From: Gemmatimonadota bacterium
GTDB lineage: Bacteria > Gemmatimonadota > Gemmatimonadetes > Gemmatimonadales > GWC2-71-9
Direction: 5' to 3'
Length of the DNA stretch: 64,000 nucleotides
NCBI GenBank assembly: GCA_016720805.1
Contig: JADKJZ010000014.1
Coordinates: forward strand, 1,053,162 to 1,117,161
A model generated the notes under the pieces. That model was not told the origin of the DNA and did no database searches. It saw only the letters and a program-made list of their open reading frames with translations. The translations under genes were made by a program, and so were the position numbers. Positions 10,108 to 18,295 of the stretch are shown here, one piece after another. Numbering within the stretch: the stretch's first letter is position 1; each line of letters opens with the position of its first letter.

Positions 10108-10123
10108 GCGGTCAGGCCCGGTC

Positions 10124-11122
10124 GTGGAATTCTCCGTCGTCCCAGTGCAGGCAGAGCGGCTCGACCGCTATCTCGCCGATCAGTTGCAACTCTCGCGCAC
10201 CGTGGCAGCGCGCATAGTCGCCGCCGGCCACATTCGCTGCGGCGCCAAGGTGCTCCGCGCATCGCACCTCCTGGCGCGCGGCGACGTCGTCACCGTCGAC
10301 ATTCCCGAGACCGAGGAACCGCGGCGGATCACGCCGAATCCGATCGAGCTGACGGTCATCCACGAAGACGAGGACCTCGCCGTCATCGACAAGCCGGCGG
10401 GCCTCGTCGTGCATCCTGCCCCCGGGCACTGGGATGACACGCTGGTGAACGCCCTTGTGGCCCGGGGCACCACGCTCGCCGGTGGTGCCGAGGGGCGGCC
10501 CGGCATCGTGCACCGGCTCGACCGCGACACCAGTGGACTGCTGATTGTTTCCAAGACGGACCTGGCACACCGTCGACTCGGGCAGATGATTGCCGCTCGG
10601 CGCGTCTCGCGGGTGTACGCCGCCATGGTCTGGGGCCACCTCGACGAGGAGAAGGTGATCATCGAGGCGCCGCTGGCACGGCACCCGAAGGACCGGAAGC
10701 GGATGTCGATCCAGGCCGATGGGCGGGCCGCGCGGACCGACGCCTTCCCGATCGTCCGGCTCGGGCCGGTCTCGATTGTCCGGCTCGAGCTGCACACCGG
10801 CCGAACTCACCAGATCCGCGTCCACCTCGAGTCGATCGGGCACCCCATCGTGGGCGACCCGGTCTACCCCGGCGGTGGCGCCAAGCGAATCACCGGGGTG
10901 GGGAAGGCCAAGGCGAAGGAACTCGAAGCCCTGGCCCCCCGGCAGGCACTTCACGCCGCCCTTCTCGCGTTCCGCCACCCGAGCAGCGGGGTGCCGCTGG
11001 AGCTGCGTTCGGCCTGGCCCGCTGACCTCTGGCCCCTGCTGCAGGCCGCCGGCGCCGGGGACCTGACGATGCCGCGGGAAGAGGTCCTGGACGCGATTGG
11101 CTTCTTCGGGTCGGATGGCTGA
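10124..11122 (+). CDS. rluD: RluA/RluD-family 23S rRNA pseudouridine synthase
   Basis: N-terminal S4-like 'RLDRYLADQL', catalytic 'HRLDRDTSGLLIVSK', 'HQIRVH'. Start set at the first in-frame GTG after the lspA stop (uncertain). Confidence 0.85.
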   Translation: MEFSVVPVQAERLDRYLADQLQLSRTVAARIVAAGHIRCGAKVLRASHLLARGDVVTVDIPETEEPRRITPNPIELTVIHEDEDLAVIDKPAGLVVHPAPGHWDDTLVNALVARGTTLAGGAEGRPGIVHRLDRDTSGLLIVSKTDLAHRRLGQMIAARRVSRVYAAMVWGHLDEEKVIIEAPLARHPKDRKRMSIQADGRAARTDAFPIVRLGPVSIVRLELHTGRTHQIRVHLESIGHPIVGDPVYPGGGAKRITGVGKAKAKELEALAPRQALHAALLAFRHPSSGVPLELRSAWPADLWPLLQAAGAGDLTMPREEVLDAIGFFGSDG

Positions 11123-11474
11123 GCGGGCGGGGGTAGGCGGGCTGGTTGTCCGGGTCGCCGGCACCCGCTGGTTCATCCCGGTCACCGGCGTGATCGAGGT
11201 CCTCCGCGAGGCGGTCGTGGCGCGGGTCCCGGGCACCCCGCCGGCCGTCCGGGGGATGGTCAATCACCGCGGCCGGGTGCTGACCGTGGCCGACCCTATC
11301 CGGGCATTGGGGCTGTCGGGCGATACTGGGGGAGAGGTCGACGTGGTCGTCGTGGACGCCGGGGGACACCGCTTTGCGGTGGCCGTCGACGGGGTCGTGG
11401 AGCTGGCCGCCGAGCCGCGCACGGGCCTTGCAACGTTGGACCTCGACCAGGTCGCGACCGCGATCTTTGCCTGA
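11115..11474 (+). CDS. cheW: CheW-like coupling protein
   Basis: 'VVRVAGTRWFIPVTGVIEVL ... VPGTPPAVRGMVNHRGRVLTVADP' fits the CheW fold. ATG at 11115 (TTG at 11097 also possible) overlaps the rluD stop. Confidence 0.8.
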   Translation: MAERAGVGGLVVRVAGTRWFIPVTGVIEVLREAVVARVPGTPPAVRGMVNHRGRVLTVADPIRALGLSGDTGGEVDVVVVDAGGHRFAVAVDGVVELAAEPRTGLATLDLDQVATAIFA

Positions 11475-11494
11475 CCCTTCAGCCGGAGGCCAGC

Positions 11495-11860
11495 GTGGCC
11501 CATCGGGTGCTCATCTGCGACGACGCGATCTTCATGCGAACCATGATCGCCGACATTCTCACCGGGGCCGGCTATGACGTCGTCGGCGAGGCCGAAAGCG
11601 GCTTGCAGGCCGTCGAGCGGTACAAGGCGCTCCTCCCCGACATCGTGACCATGGACATCGTCATGCCGGACATGGGCGGAATCGACGCCGTCCGGGCGAT
11701 CGTCACGGCCCACCCCGACGCCAAGATCCTGATGTGCTCCGCCATGGGGCAGCAGGCGCTCGTGGTCGAGGCGATTCAGGCCGGCGCCAAGGACTTCGTC
11801 GTCAAGCCGTTCCAGCCGGCCCGCGTCCTCGAGGCCGTCCAGCGCGTTATGGCGGGATGA
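11495..11860 (+). CDS. cheY: CheY-like single-domain response regulator
   Basis: Receiver residues are present: 'VLICDD', 'DIVTMDIVMPDMGG', 'ILMCSA', 'VVKPF'. GGAGG lies 6 nt upstream of the GTG start. Confidence 0.9.
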   Translation: MAHRVLICDDAIFMRTMIADILTGAGYDVVGEAESGLQAVERYKALLPDIVTMDIVMPDMGGIDAVRAIVTAHPDAKILMCSAMGQQALVVEAIQAGAKDFVVKPFQPARVLEAVQRVMAG

Positions 11861-13356
11861 CCGAGGCGCGGCGGGCGCGGTACGTCGCGCTCTTCGCGGC
11901 GGAGTCGCGCTCGCTGCTGGCCGGCGCGCGCCGCGCCCTCGCGGCCTGGCTCGACGCCCCCGCCGAGCGCGCCCCGGCCGACGAAGTCTTCCGCACGCTT
12001 CACACCATCAAAGGAATGGCCGCCTCGCTCGAATACGAGGCGATCGCCGAACTGGCGCACACCACGGAGAGCGCGCTGGTCGCCGTGCGCGACAGCGGGG
12101 ACCCGGCGGACCGGACCTGGCTTCGTGACCTCGAGGCGACCCTCGACCAGATCGCCCTCGGCTGCGAAGCCGCCGCCGCGGCCGAAGGGGAGGCTGCACC
12201 GGGCGAACAGGCCGCCGCACCGGCCCGCATCGTCCGCGTCGACCTCGATCGCCTCGACGCGCTGTTCGAGGACCTCGGCGGGTTGGTGACCGCTCGGCAG
12301 GAACTCGAACGCCACGCCGAGCGGGACACCCTCTCGCCGGTGGCTCGTGCGGCGCAGGTGATGGCGCGCCGCCTCGACACGCTCCAGGACCGGATTCTCC
12401 ATGTTCGCCTCGCCCCCTTGAGCGAGGTGTTCGAGCGAATTCCGCCGATCGTGCGCGACCTTGCCCGGCAGCTTGGCAAGGAGGTGACGGTGCAGGTGCA
12501 GGGCGAGGCGCTGGAGGTGGACCGGGCCGTGCTCGATCAACTGGCCGAACCGCTGATCCACCTGCTGCGAAACGCCGTGGACCACGGCCTCGAGTCGCCG
12601 GACGTGCGCCGCGCGCTCGGCAAGCGCCCCGCCGGGTCGGTGACGCTCAAGGCACGCCGTGACCGGGATTCGGTGGTGCTCGAACTGAGCGATGATGGCC
12701 GCGGTATCGATCGAGCGGCCGTCGCCGCGCGGGCGGTGGCGCAGGGGATTCTCGAATCCGATGCTTCGCTCAATGACGACGGCTTGCTCGCCGTGCTGGC
12801 GCGCCCCGGCTTCAGCACCGCCGCCTCGGTGACGGATGTCTCCGGCCGCGGCGTCGGGCTCGATGTCGTGGCGTCTCGATTGCATGACCTCGGCGCATCG
12901 CTATCGCTCACCACGGTGCCCGGGCGGGGAACGACCTTCGTGGTGCGGTTGCCGACCCGGCTCGGCATTGTCCGTGCGCTGGTCGCCTCGATCGGTGAGG
13001 AGCGGTACGTGATGCCGCTGACGCACGTCGCCGAGTTCCTGCCATGGGAGCCGGAGGCGGTGCAACACGTTGATGGCCGGGCGGTCATCGAGTTGCGCGG
13101 CGAGCTGATCCCGGTGCTCGACCTGCGGCGCTTGCTGCTCTATCGCGGCGAGGCGCCGCCGGCTCGACGTCCGGCGCTGGTGTTCGAAGCCAACGGGCAG
13201 CGGGTCGCCCTCCTGGCCGATGCGATTCACGGCCAGGTCGATGCCGTGGTGCAGCCGCTGGATCGACCGCGCGGGATGCCACGGTGGATCACCGGCGCCA
13301 CGGTCCTCGACAACGGGCGACCGGCGTTGCTGCTCGACCTGGCCAGCGTAGTGTAG
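11857..13356 (+). CDS. cheA: Chemotaxis histidine kinase CheA (compact form)
   Basis: HPt 'FRTLHTIKGMAA', N-box 'HLLRNAVDHGLE', G1 'DDGRGID', G2 'SGRGVGLDVV', C-terminal CheW-like domain. ATGA overlap with cheY. Confidence 0.9.
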   Translation: MTEARRARYVALFAAESRSLLAGARRALAAWLDAPAERAPADEVFRTLHTIKGMAASLEYEAIAELAHTTESALVAVRDSGDPADRTWLRDLEATLDQIALGCEAAAAAEGEAAPGEQAAAPARIVRVDLDRLDALFEDLGGLVTARQELERHAERDTLSPVARAAQVMARRLDTLQDRILHVRLAPLSEVFERIPPIVRDLARQLGKEVTVQVQGEALEVDRAVLDQLAEPLIHLLRNAVDHGLESPDVRRALGKRPAGSVTLKARRDRDSVVLELSDDGRGIDRAAVAARAVAQGILESDASLNDDGLLAVLARPGFSTAASVTDVSGRGVGLDVVASRLHDLGASLSLTTVPGRGTTFVVRLPTRLGIVRALVASIGEERYVMPLTHVAEFLPWEPEAVQHVDGRAVIELRGELIPVLDLRRLLLYRGEAPPARRPALVFEANGQRVALLADAIHGQVDAVVQPLDRPRGMPRWITGATVLDNGRPALLLDLASVV

Positions 13357-13357
13357 G

Positions 13358-13393
13358 AATCGATGATCGATGATCGATGATCGATCATCGATT
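13358..13393. repeat. Heptamer-palindrome element (GATGATC)n(GATCATC), hairpin-forming
   Basis: aatcgatgatcga / tgatcgatga / tcgatcatcgatt: 13358-13370 is the exact reverse complement of 13381-13393. Sits in the 61-nt gap between the cheA stop and the cheC start. Confidence 0.85.
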
Positions 13394-13417
13394 TGTCCGA
13401 CTCTCCTTGGAGCGCAG

Positions 13418-14038
13418 ATGACGAATCCCAATGACCTCGACACTCTCCGGCGCGATGGGCTGCGCGAGGTGGCCACGATCGGCGCGGGGCATGCCGCGAC
13501 GGCGTTGTCGCAGCTCACCGATCGGCGGATCATGATCTCGGTGCCGCAAGTGCGGCGCGTGAACTTCGGCGAAGTGCCGGCGATGGTGTCGCTCTTTGGC
13601 GACCATGTCGCCGTGGTGGCGATGCGGATGCTGGGCGACCTCACCGGGCGCTCGCTGCTGGTCTTCGGCGAGGCCGATGCGACGCGACTCTGCGACTTGA
13701 TCCTCCGCCGTCCGATCGGTCCGCAACGCGCCCTCGGCGAACTCGAGCAGTCCGGGCTCAAGGAGGTCGGCAACATCGTCTGCTCGGCCTACCTGACCGC
13801 GCTGTCGAACTTCATGGGGATGATGCTGCTCCCCTCCGTGCCCTCGTTGACGATCGGTCGGACTGCCGACGCCATCGCGGCGACCGTCGATCCGAACGAG
13901 TCGCGATCGGACCTGGTCTTCTGTGTCGACACAGCCTTCCGCGCGGAAGGCGCGGAGGCGCCGCTGACCGGTGCGTTTCTGTTGATGCCTGACCAGGCCT
14001 CGATCCAGGCGATCCTCGAGGCGATCCGGCTCGACTGA
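13418..14038 (+). CDS. cheC: CheC-family CheY-P phosphatase-like protein
   Basis: Two CheC repeats. The second has an intact S-x3-E-x2-N-x22-P site ('SGLKEVGNIVCSAYLTALSNFMGMMLLPSVP'); the first reads D-x3-E-x2-T ('DGLREVAT'). ATG at 13418 is preceded by GGAG; the track ORF's MIDDRSS prefix is repeat sequence. Confidence 0.75.
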   Translation: MTNPNDLDTLRRDGLREVATIGAGHAATALSQLTDRRIMISVPQVRRVNFGEVPAMVSLFGDHVAVVAMRMLGDLTGRSLLVFGEADATRLCDLILRRPIGPQRALGELEQSGLKEVGNIVCSAYLTALSNFMGMMLLPSVPSLTIGRTADAIAATVDPNESRSDLVFCVDTAFRAEGAEAPLTGAFLLMPDQASIQAILEAIRLD

Positions 14039-14039
14039 G

Positions 14040-15194
14040 ATGGCCACCCCCGAGGGTCCGGAAGCGGCGCGCATCGCGGCGCTGCGCCGACGCCTCGGCG
14101 CGGCCTCTCCCGCGACGCTCACCAACTTCGCCTGGTTTGCGGCCCGTCGCGGCAGCCACGCGGCGGCGATCGAGGCCGTGCGGGAGGCCGTGGCGCAACC
14201 CGGCGCACCACGTGCGGCGTGGCAGACGCTCGAACGGCTGGTCACGGGCCGGAACGATGGGCTCCTCCTCGCCCCGGCCAGCGCGACCCGGCACCCGCCG
14301 GTCGACATCTCCGGCGGGGCATCGGCATTGGCGGCCGCCGTCGCGGCGCACCGCGAAGGCGCCCTCGCCGTCGCGGAGACCTGCTACCTCGCCGCCGTCT
14401 CCGTCTCGCATCTCGCGGCGGCCGCGTCCGACGGGCTGGCGGTGCTCCACGAACAACGCCACGAGCAGGACGCCGCGACCAGTGCGTGGCACCGTGCCAT
14501 CGCGGGCGGTGCCCCGTGGGCCACGCACAATCATGCGCTTGCCCTCTTGCGGCGCGGCGACGTGCCAGCCGCGCGTCGCGCGATCGCGCAGGCGTTGACG
14601 GCAAGTGCACCCACGGCGGCGCTGTATGCCCTCGCGGGCTACGCGGCACTCCTCGACGGTGCGGCCGCCGATGCCCTGCAGTCGCTTGAAGTCGCCGTGG
14701 AACTCGAGCACGATCTGGCCCGCGCGCACTTCACCCTCGGCCTCGCGCATGACAGGCTCGGTCACCCCGCGGCCGCGCTCGCCGCGACGCGTCGTGGGCT
14801 GCTGCTCTCGCCGTGGTACCTGCCGCAGGTATGGCTGTTGACGCCGGTGCCCGGCAGTCTCCCGGTCGAGCTCCCGGCGGGGAGCGAGCGTCCCGGCGCG
14901 TCCGACGGCACCGACGAGGTGCTGCTGGCGCTTGGTCGTTCACTGCTCGAGACCGGACATCTGGGCGAATCGCTCGCCGTCTTCGATCAAGTGCTGGTGC
15001 GCGATCCGGCACAACCCGCGGCCCTCTTCCACCGCGGCGTCGTGCTGGCCAAGCTGCGCCGATACGATGAAGCGCTGGCGGACTGGGAGGCGGTGGACCG
15101 CACCGATCCGGAGAGCCCGCTCGGCGCGATGTCTCGCCGCCACGCCCGTTCCGCACGTCAACTCGCCGCGCTCTTTGCCGCGCGGGCGGGCTGA
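14040..15194 (+). CDS. TPR-repeat protein
   Basis: Ala/Leu-rich helical repeats with TPR-like periodicity, clearest at the C-terminus ('ALFHRGVVLAKLRRYDEALADWEAV'). Starts 1 nt after the cheC stop. Confidence 0.6.
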   Translation: MATPEGPEAARIAALRRRLGAASPATLTNFAWFAARRGSHAAAIEAVREAVAQPGAPRAAWQTLERLVTGRNDGLLLAPASATRHPPVDISGGASALAAAVAAHREGALAVAETCYLAAVSVSHLAAAASDGLAVLHEQRHEQDAATSAWHRAIAGGAPWATHNHALALLRRGDVPAARRAIAQALTASAPTAALYALAGYAALLDGAAADALQSLEVAVELEHDLARAHFTLGLAHDRLGHPAAALAATRRGLLLSPWYLPQVWLLTPVPGSLPVELPAGSERPGASDGTDEVLLALGRSLLETGHLGESLAVFDQVLVRDPAQPAALFHRGVVLAKLRRYDEALADWEAVDRTDPESPLGAMSRRHARSARQLAALFAARAG

Positions 15195-15197
15195 CCG

Positions 15198-16115
15198 ATG
15201 CACGGGCCACTGCACGAGATCGGGTTGGTCGAGGTGCTGCAACTGCTGGGACGCGGCGCGCGGCACGGGACCTTGCAGGTGGTCGGACTGGATCCGGCGG
15301 CACCGCGCACGGTCAGGTTGTGCGCCGGCAGGGTCGTCTCGGTCGAACCCGACGCGGGCGAGGCGGCCGTCGAACGAGCCCTGGTGGCACGCCACCTCTC
15401 GATCACCGATGCGATCCGACCCGACCTCGCAGCCGAGTCGCGCGACGCGATGCGGCAAGAACTCGCGATGCGGACCCTTGCGGCGATGCTGCACTGGACG
15501 CGGGGGCGATTCGACTTCGCCGAGGAGCCGGTCCGCGACGGACCGCTCGACATCGCGGTCGACACCATCCTGCTGGAATTGGTCGGGCGGGAGTCGCAGC
15601 GGGTGGAATTGGCGGCCCTTCTCGACGACTTCCACGCCATTCCGGTCTTTGTGGCGGATGATCGGCTCGCGCTGGGAACGCCACCGGAGCTCGATCCGCT
15701 TGATTGGCGGATCCTCGATGCGGTGGATGGACGCCGGGACGTCAGTGCCATCGCCGGAACCCTCGACGAGCCGCTGGAAACCGTTGGTGATCGCGTCCGG
15801 GCACTGCAGGGGGCCACTATACTTGAACTGGCGGCGGCACCGGCCAACGACGCCTTGGCGGCGCGCGCCGCCATCGAGGCGGGCCGCTACGACGACGCGG
15901 TCGCGCTGTTGGAACAGCGGGTCGGCAGTGTCCGCTCCGATCGCGAGGCGTGGCGGTTGCTAGGCCTCGCTGAAGTCGGGGCAGGGCGGTTCGACCGCGC
16001 CATCCGCGCGTGGGAAGCTTGGCAACAGGCCGACCCGACATTGGCGCAGGAAGCCGGGGCCCTGATCGCCGCCGCACGCACCATGCTGGAGGCATTGCAC
16101 GACCATCGTGAGTGA
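15198..16115 (+). CDS. PATAN/DUF4388-domain protein with C-terminal TPR
   Basis: N-terminus 'GPLHEIGLVEVLQLLGRGARHGTLQV' and later 'LHWTRGRFDFAEEP' match the DUF4388 pattern as I recall it. TPR-like tail. Confidence 0.65.
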   Translation: MHGPLHEIGLVEVLQLLGRGARHGTLQVVGLDPAAPRTVRLCAGRVVSVEPDAGEAAVERALVARHLSITDAIRPDLAAESRDAMRQELAMRTLAAMLHWTRGRFDFAEEPVRDGPLDIAVDTILLELVGRESQRVELAALLDDFHAIPVFVADDRLALGTPPELDPLDWRILDAVDGRRDVSAIAGTLDEPLETVGDRVRALQGATILELAAAPANDALAARAAIEAGRYDDAVALLEQRVGSVRSDREAWRLLGLAEVGAGRFDRAIRAWEAWQQADPTLAQEAGALIAAARTMLEALHDHRE

Positions 16116-16863
16116 TTCGTTCTCCCCTTCGTCGACGCCTGTGGGCGCGCCGTCGTTCCTCGACCTCGGGGAACGGTTGCGGCAGCATGGGCAACTCGAC
16201 GCGGCCGCGACCGTCACGATGAACGGGCTGCGTCAATGGCCGACCCTCGCCGCCGGCCATGACTTGCTCGGTCGCATCGAGGCCGATCGGGGCGATGACC
16301 GCGCCGCCGCCGAGGCGTGGGGCGCCGCACTCGCCTGCGAGCCCGGTCACCTGGGCGCGCTCAAGGGGCTCGCCTTCCTCGCCTTCCGCGGCCACGACTT
16401 CGCGGCTGCCGAGCGGCATCTCGAATTGGCCGTGGCCCGCGCGCCGCACGATGCCGCGTTGCTCGGCGCGCTCGACCGGGTGCGCAGTCGTCGCCCGTCT
16501 GGGCCCGCGGATGAACCAGTTCGACTCGATGATCCGGCCAGTGGACTGCTTCTCTGCGACGCCGACGGGATGCGACTGAGTGGAGGCGTTGGTCCCGAGC
16601 GCAATGACGACGCCGCGGATGCGGCGGCGGCGGAGACGGCCGGGTTGCTCCGTGAAGCGACCCGCAGCGCGCGGCTTCTCGGCCTCGGCGGCGTCAAGCA
16701 TCTGGTCGTCGAGTGTGCCGACGCTCGCCTCGCGGTGGTCCCGGTCGCCGCTGGCGCCGCACTCCTCGCCGTGCGGAGCGCCGCAACGCCGATCGGCCGA
16801 CTGCTGGCCATCGCACAGCGCGCCGCTGGCGTGGCAACGCAGTGGATCGGTGGATTGGAATGA
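16108..16863 (+). CDS. TPR + Roadblock/LC7-like domain protein
   Basis: N-terminal TPR-like helices. The C-terminal ~100 aa ('GLLLCDADGMRLSGG ... GGVKHLVVECADARLAVVPVAAGAALLAV') follows the Roadblock alpha-beta pattern. GTG start overlaps the upstream gene by 8 nt. Confidence 0.55.
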   Translation: MSDSFSPSSTPVGAPSFLDLGERLRQHGQLDAAATVTMNGLRQWPTLAAGHDLLGRIEADRGDDRAAAEAWGAALACEPGHLGALKGLAFLAFRGHDFAAAERHLELAVARAPHDAALLGALDRVRSRRPSGPADEPVRLDDPASGLLLCDADGMRLSGGVGPERNDDAADAAAAETAGLLREATRSARLLGLGGVKHLVVECADARLAVVPVAAGAALLAVRSAATPIGRLLAIAQRAAGVATQWIGGLE

Positions 16864-17213
16864 GTCTCGAGCGGTGGGAACGGCTGCTGTGCGAGGTGAT
16901 CGCGATCCCCGGCGTGCGGGGCGCCGCGCTCGTGGCGAGCGATGACGGTCTCGTCGTGGCCGAGGCGGCGATGGATCAACTGGACGGCGCCGATGTGGCC
17001 GCACTCGTTGCGGCGCTGGTCTCGCGCGCCACGCGCGTGGCGCGCAGCATTCCGACCGCTCCACCGCGGTTGATCCATCTCGCGGGTGACCGCGGCACCT
17101 TGCTCGCCGTCGACGCCGGCTCTCCGCTCTGGCTGGTGGCGGTCGCGGAGCCTGGTGCCGAGGTGGGTCGCCTGCGGGTGTTGTTGGGCGATCTCGCCGG
17201 GGCGGTGGACTGA
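16860..17213 (+). CDS. Roadblock/LC7 (MglB-like) protein
   Basis: 117 aa: 'IPGVRGAALVASDDGLVVAEA ... IHLAGDRGTLLAVDAGSPLWLVAVAEPGAEVGRL' is a typical Roadblock pattern. ATGA overlap with the upstream gene. Confidence 0.7.
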   Translation: MSLERWERLLCEVIAIPGVRGAALVASDDGLVVAEAAMDQLDGADVAALVAALVSRATRVARSIPTAPPRLIHLAGDRGTLLAVDAGSPLWLVAVAEPGAEVGRLRVLLGDLAGAVD

Positions 17214-17680
17214 TGCGCGTCCTCGAACCCTGGGTGGAGGCGCCGCTCGCCGAGTTCCTGCGTGAGTCCGCGGCTCGACTCGCCTTGATCACCACGGCCT
17301 CCGGCCAGGTCATCGCCCAACATGGCTTCGCCCGGTCGCTCGATGTCATGGCCGCGGCCTCGCTCGGCGCCGGCATCCTGGCCACAACCGGCGAACTTGC
17401 GCGGATGGTGGATGCCACCGGCGGCTACCGGGTGGTGGTGCACCAAGGCGTGCAACGCGGCCTCTGGCTCGCCGGCTTCGACACGCCGCGCGGACGCTGG
17501 ATCGCATTGGTCGCGTTCGGGGAGCAATCCACGGTTGGCCTCGTCCGGCTCTTCTTCCAGCGCTTCGTCGAGCGGCTCGCGGCCGCCGCCCCGCGCAGCG
17601 TGCCGGTGCGAGAGGTGCTGGCCGAAGGATTCGAGCGCGAACTCGACGCGTCATTGCGCGCCCTCTTCGGGGGGAGCTGA
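17213..17680 (+). CDS. Second stand-alone Roadblock/LC7-like protein
   Basis: 'ARLALITTASGQVIAQHG ... VVVHQGVQRGLWLAGFDTPRGRWIALVAFGEQSTVGLV' has the same fold pattern but is more divergent. 1-nt overlap (TGATG) with the upstream gene. Confidence 0.55.
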   Translation: MRVLEPWVEAPLAEFLRESAARLALITTASGQVIAQHGFARSLDVMAAASLGAGILATTGELARMVDATGGYRVVVHQGVQRGLWLAGFDTPRGRWIALVAFGEQSTVGLVRLFFQRFVERLAAAAPRSVPVREVLAEGFERELDASLRALFGGS

Positions 17681-17682
17681 GC

Positions 17683-18288
17683 ATGGCGCGCCTCGACCAG
17701 GATGCCAGGACGCTCTCGCTCACGTTGGTGGTGTATGGCGCCGCGCGCGCCGGGAAGAGTGCCTTGCTGCGGGCCATTCACGAACGGATCGCGGTGGCGC
17801 ACCGCGGCGACGAGGAACCGCTCGGCGAGCCATCCGATGTCGGCCTGCCCCTCAACTGGGTGCCGCTCGACCTGGGTGACGTCGCGGGGTGGCGCACGCG
17901 CGTCCACCTCTACGCCGTGCCGGCGCAAGAGCAGGCCGACGCCACGCGGCGACTGGTGCTGGCCCAAGCCGATGGCGTCCTCTTCGTGGTCGATGCGCAG
18001 GCCAGCCGGCTCGAGGCCAACGTCGCGGCGCTTGCCGCGCTCCACGCGCAATGGCCCGAAGGGAACGGGACGACGCGCGTGCTGCCGGTGGTCTTCGTGG
18101 TGACCAAGCAGGACCTGCCCGAGGAATTGCTGTTGGAAGAGCCCGTGCTCGCCGCGATCCTCAACCCGGAGCACGCGCCGCTCTTCCGTTGCGATCTCGC
18201 GCGGGGCGAAGGCGTCTTCCGCGCACTGCAGTCGCTCATCGGAACCGTGATGCGCCAGGTGGTTGCCTTGCCTGAGACGGCGACGTGA
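17683..18288 (+). CDS. MglA-family Ras-like small GTPase
   Basis: P-loop 'GAARAGKS'. 'RTRVHLYAVPAQ' parallels the MglA 'KTRFHLYTVPGQ' G3 region, 'DGVLFVVDAQASRLEAN' parallels 'DGVVFVADSQIERMEAN', and G4 is 'TKQD' versus NKRD. The comparison is from my memory of Myxococcus MglA. Confidence 0.8.
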   Translation: MARLDQDARTLSLTLVVYGAARAGKSALLRAIHERIAVAHRGDEEPLGEPSDVGLPLNWVPLDLGDVAGWRTRVHLYAVPAQEQADATRRLVLAQADGVLFVVDAQASRLEANVAALAALHAQWPEGNGTTRVLPVVFVVTKQDLPEELLLEEPVLAAILNPEHAPLFRCDLARGEGVFRALQSLIGTVMRQVVALPETAT

Positions 18289-18295
18289 GGGGCGC

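Noticed and set aside
13370-13417. 'MIDDRSSI...' N-terminal extensions on track ORFs (also 49057.., 54824.., 54831.., 58150..)
   Set aside because: These peptides are translations of the GATGATC/GATCATC repeat elements. Better starts with Shine-Dalgarno-like sequences or homology-consistent N-termini lie downstream.
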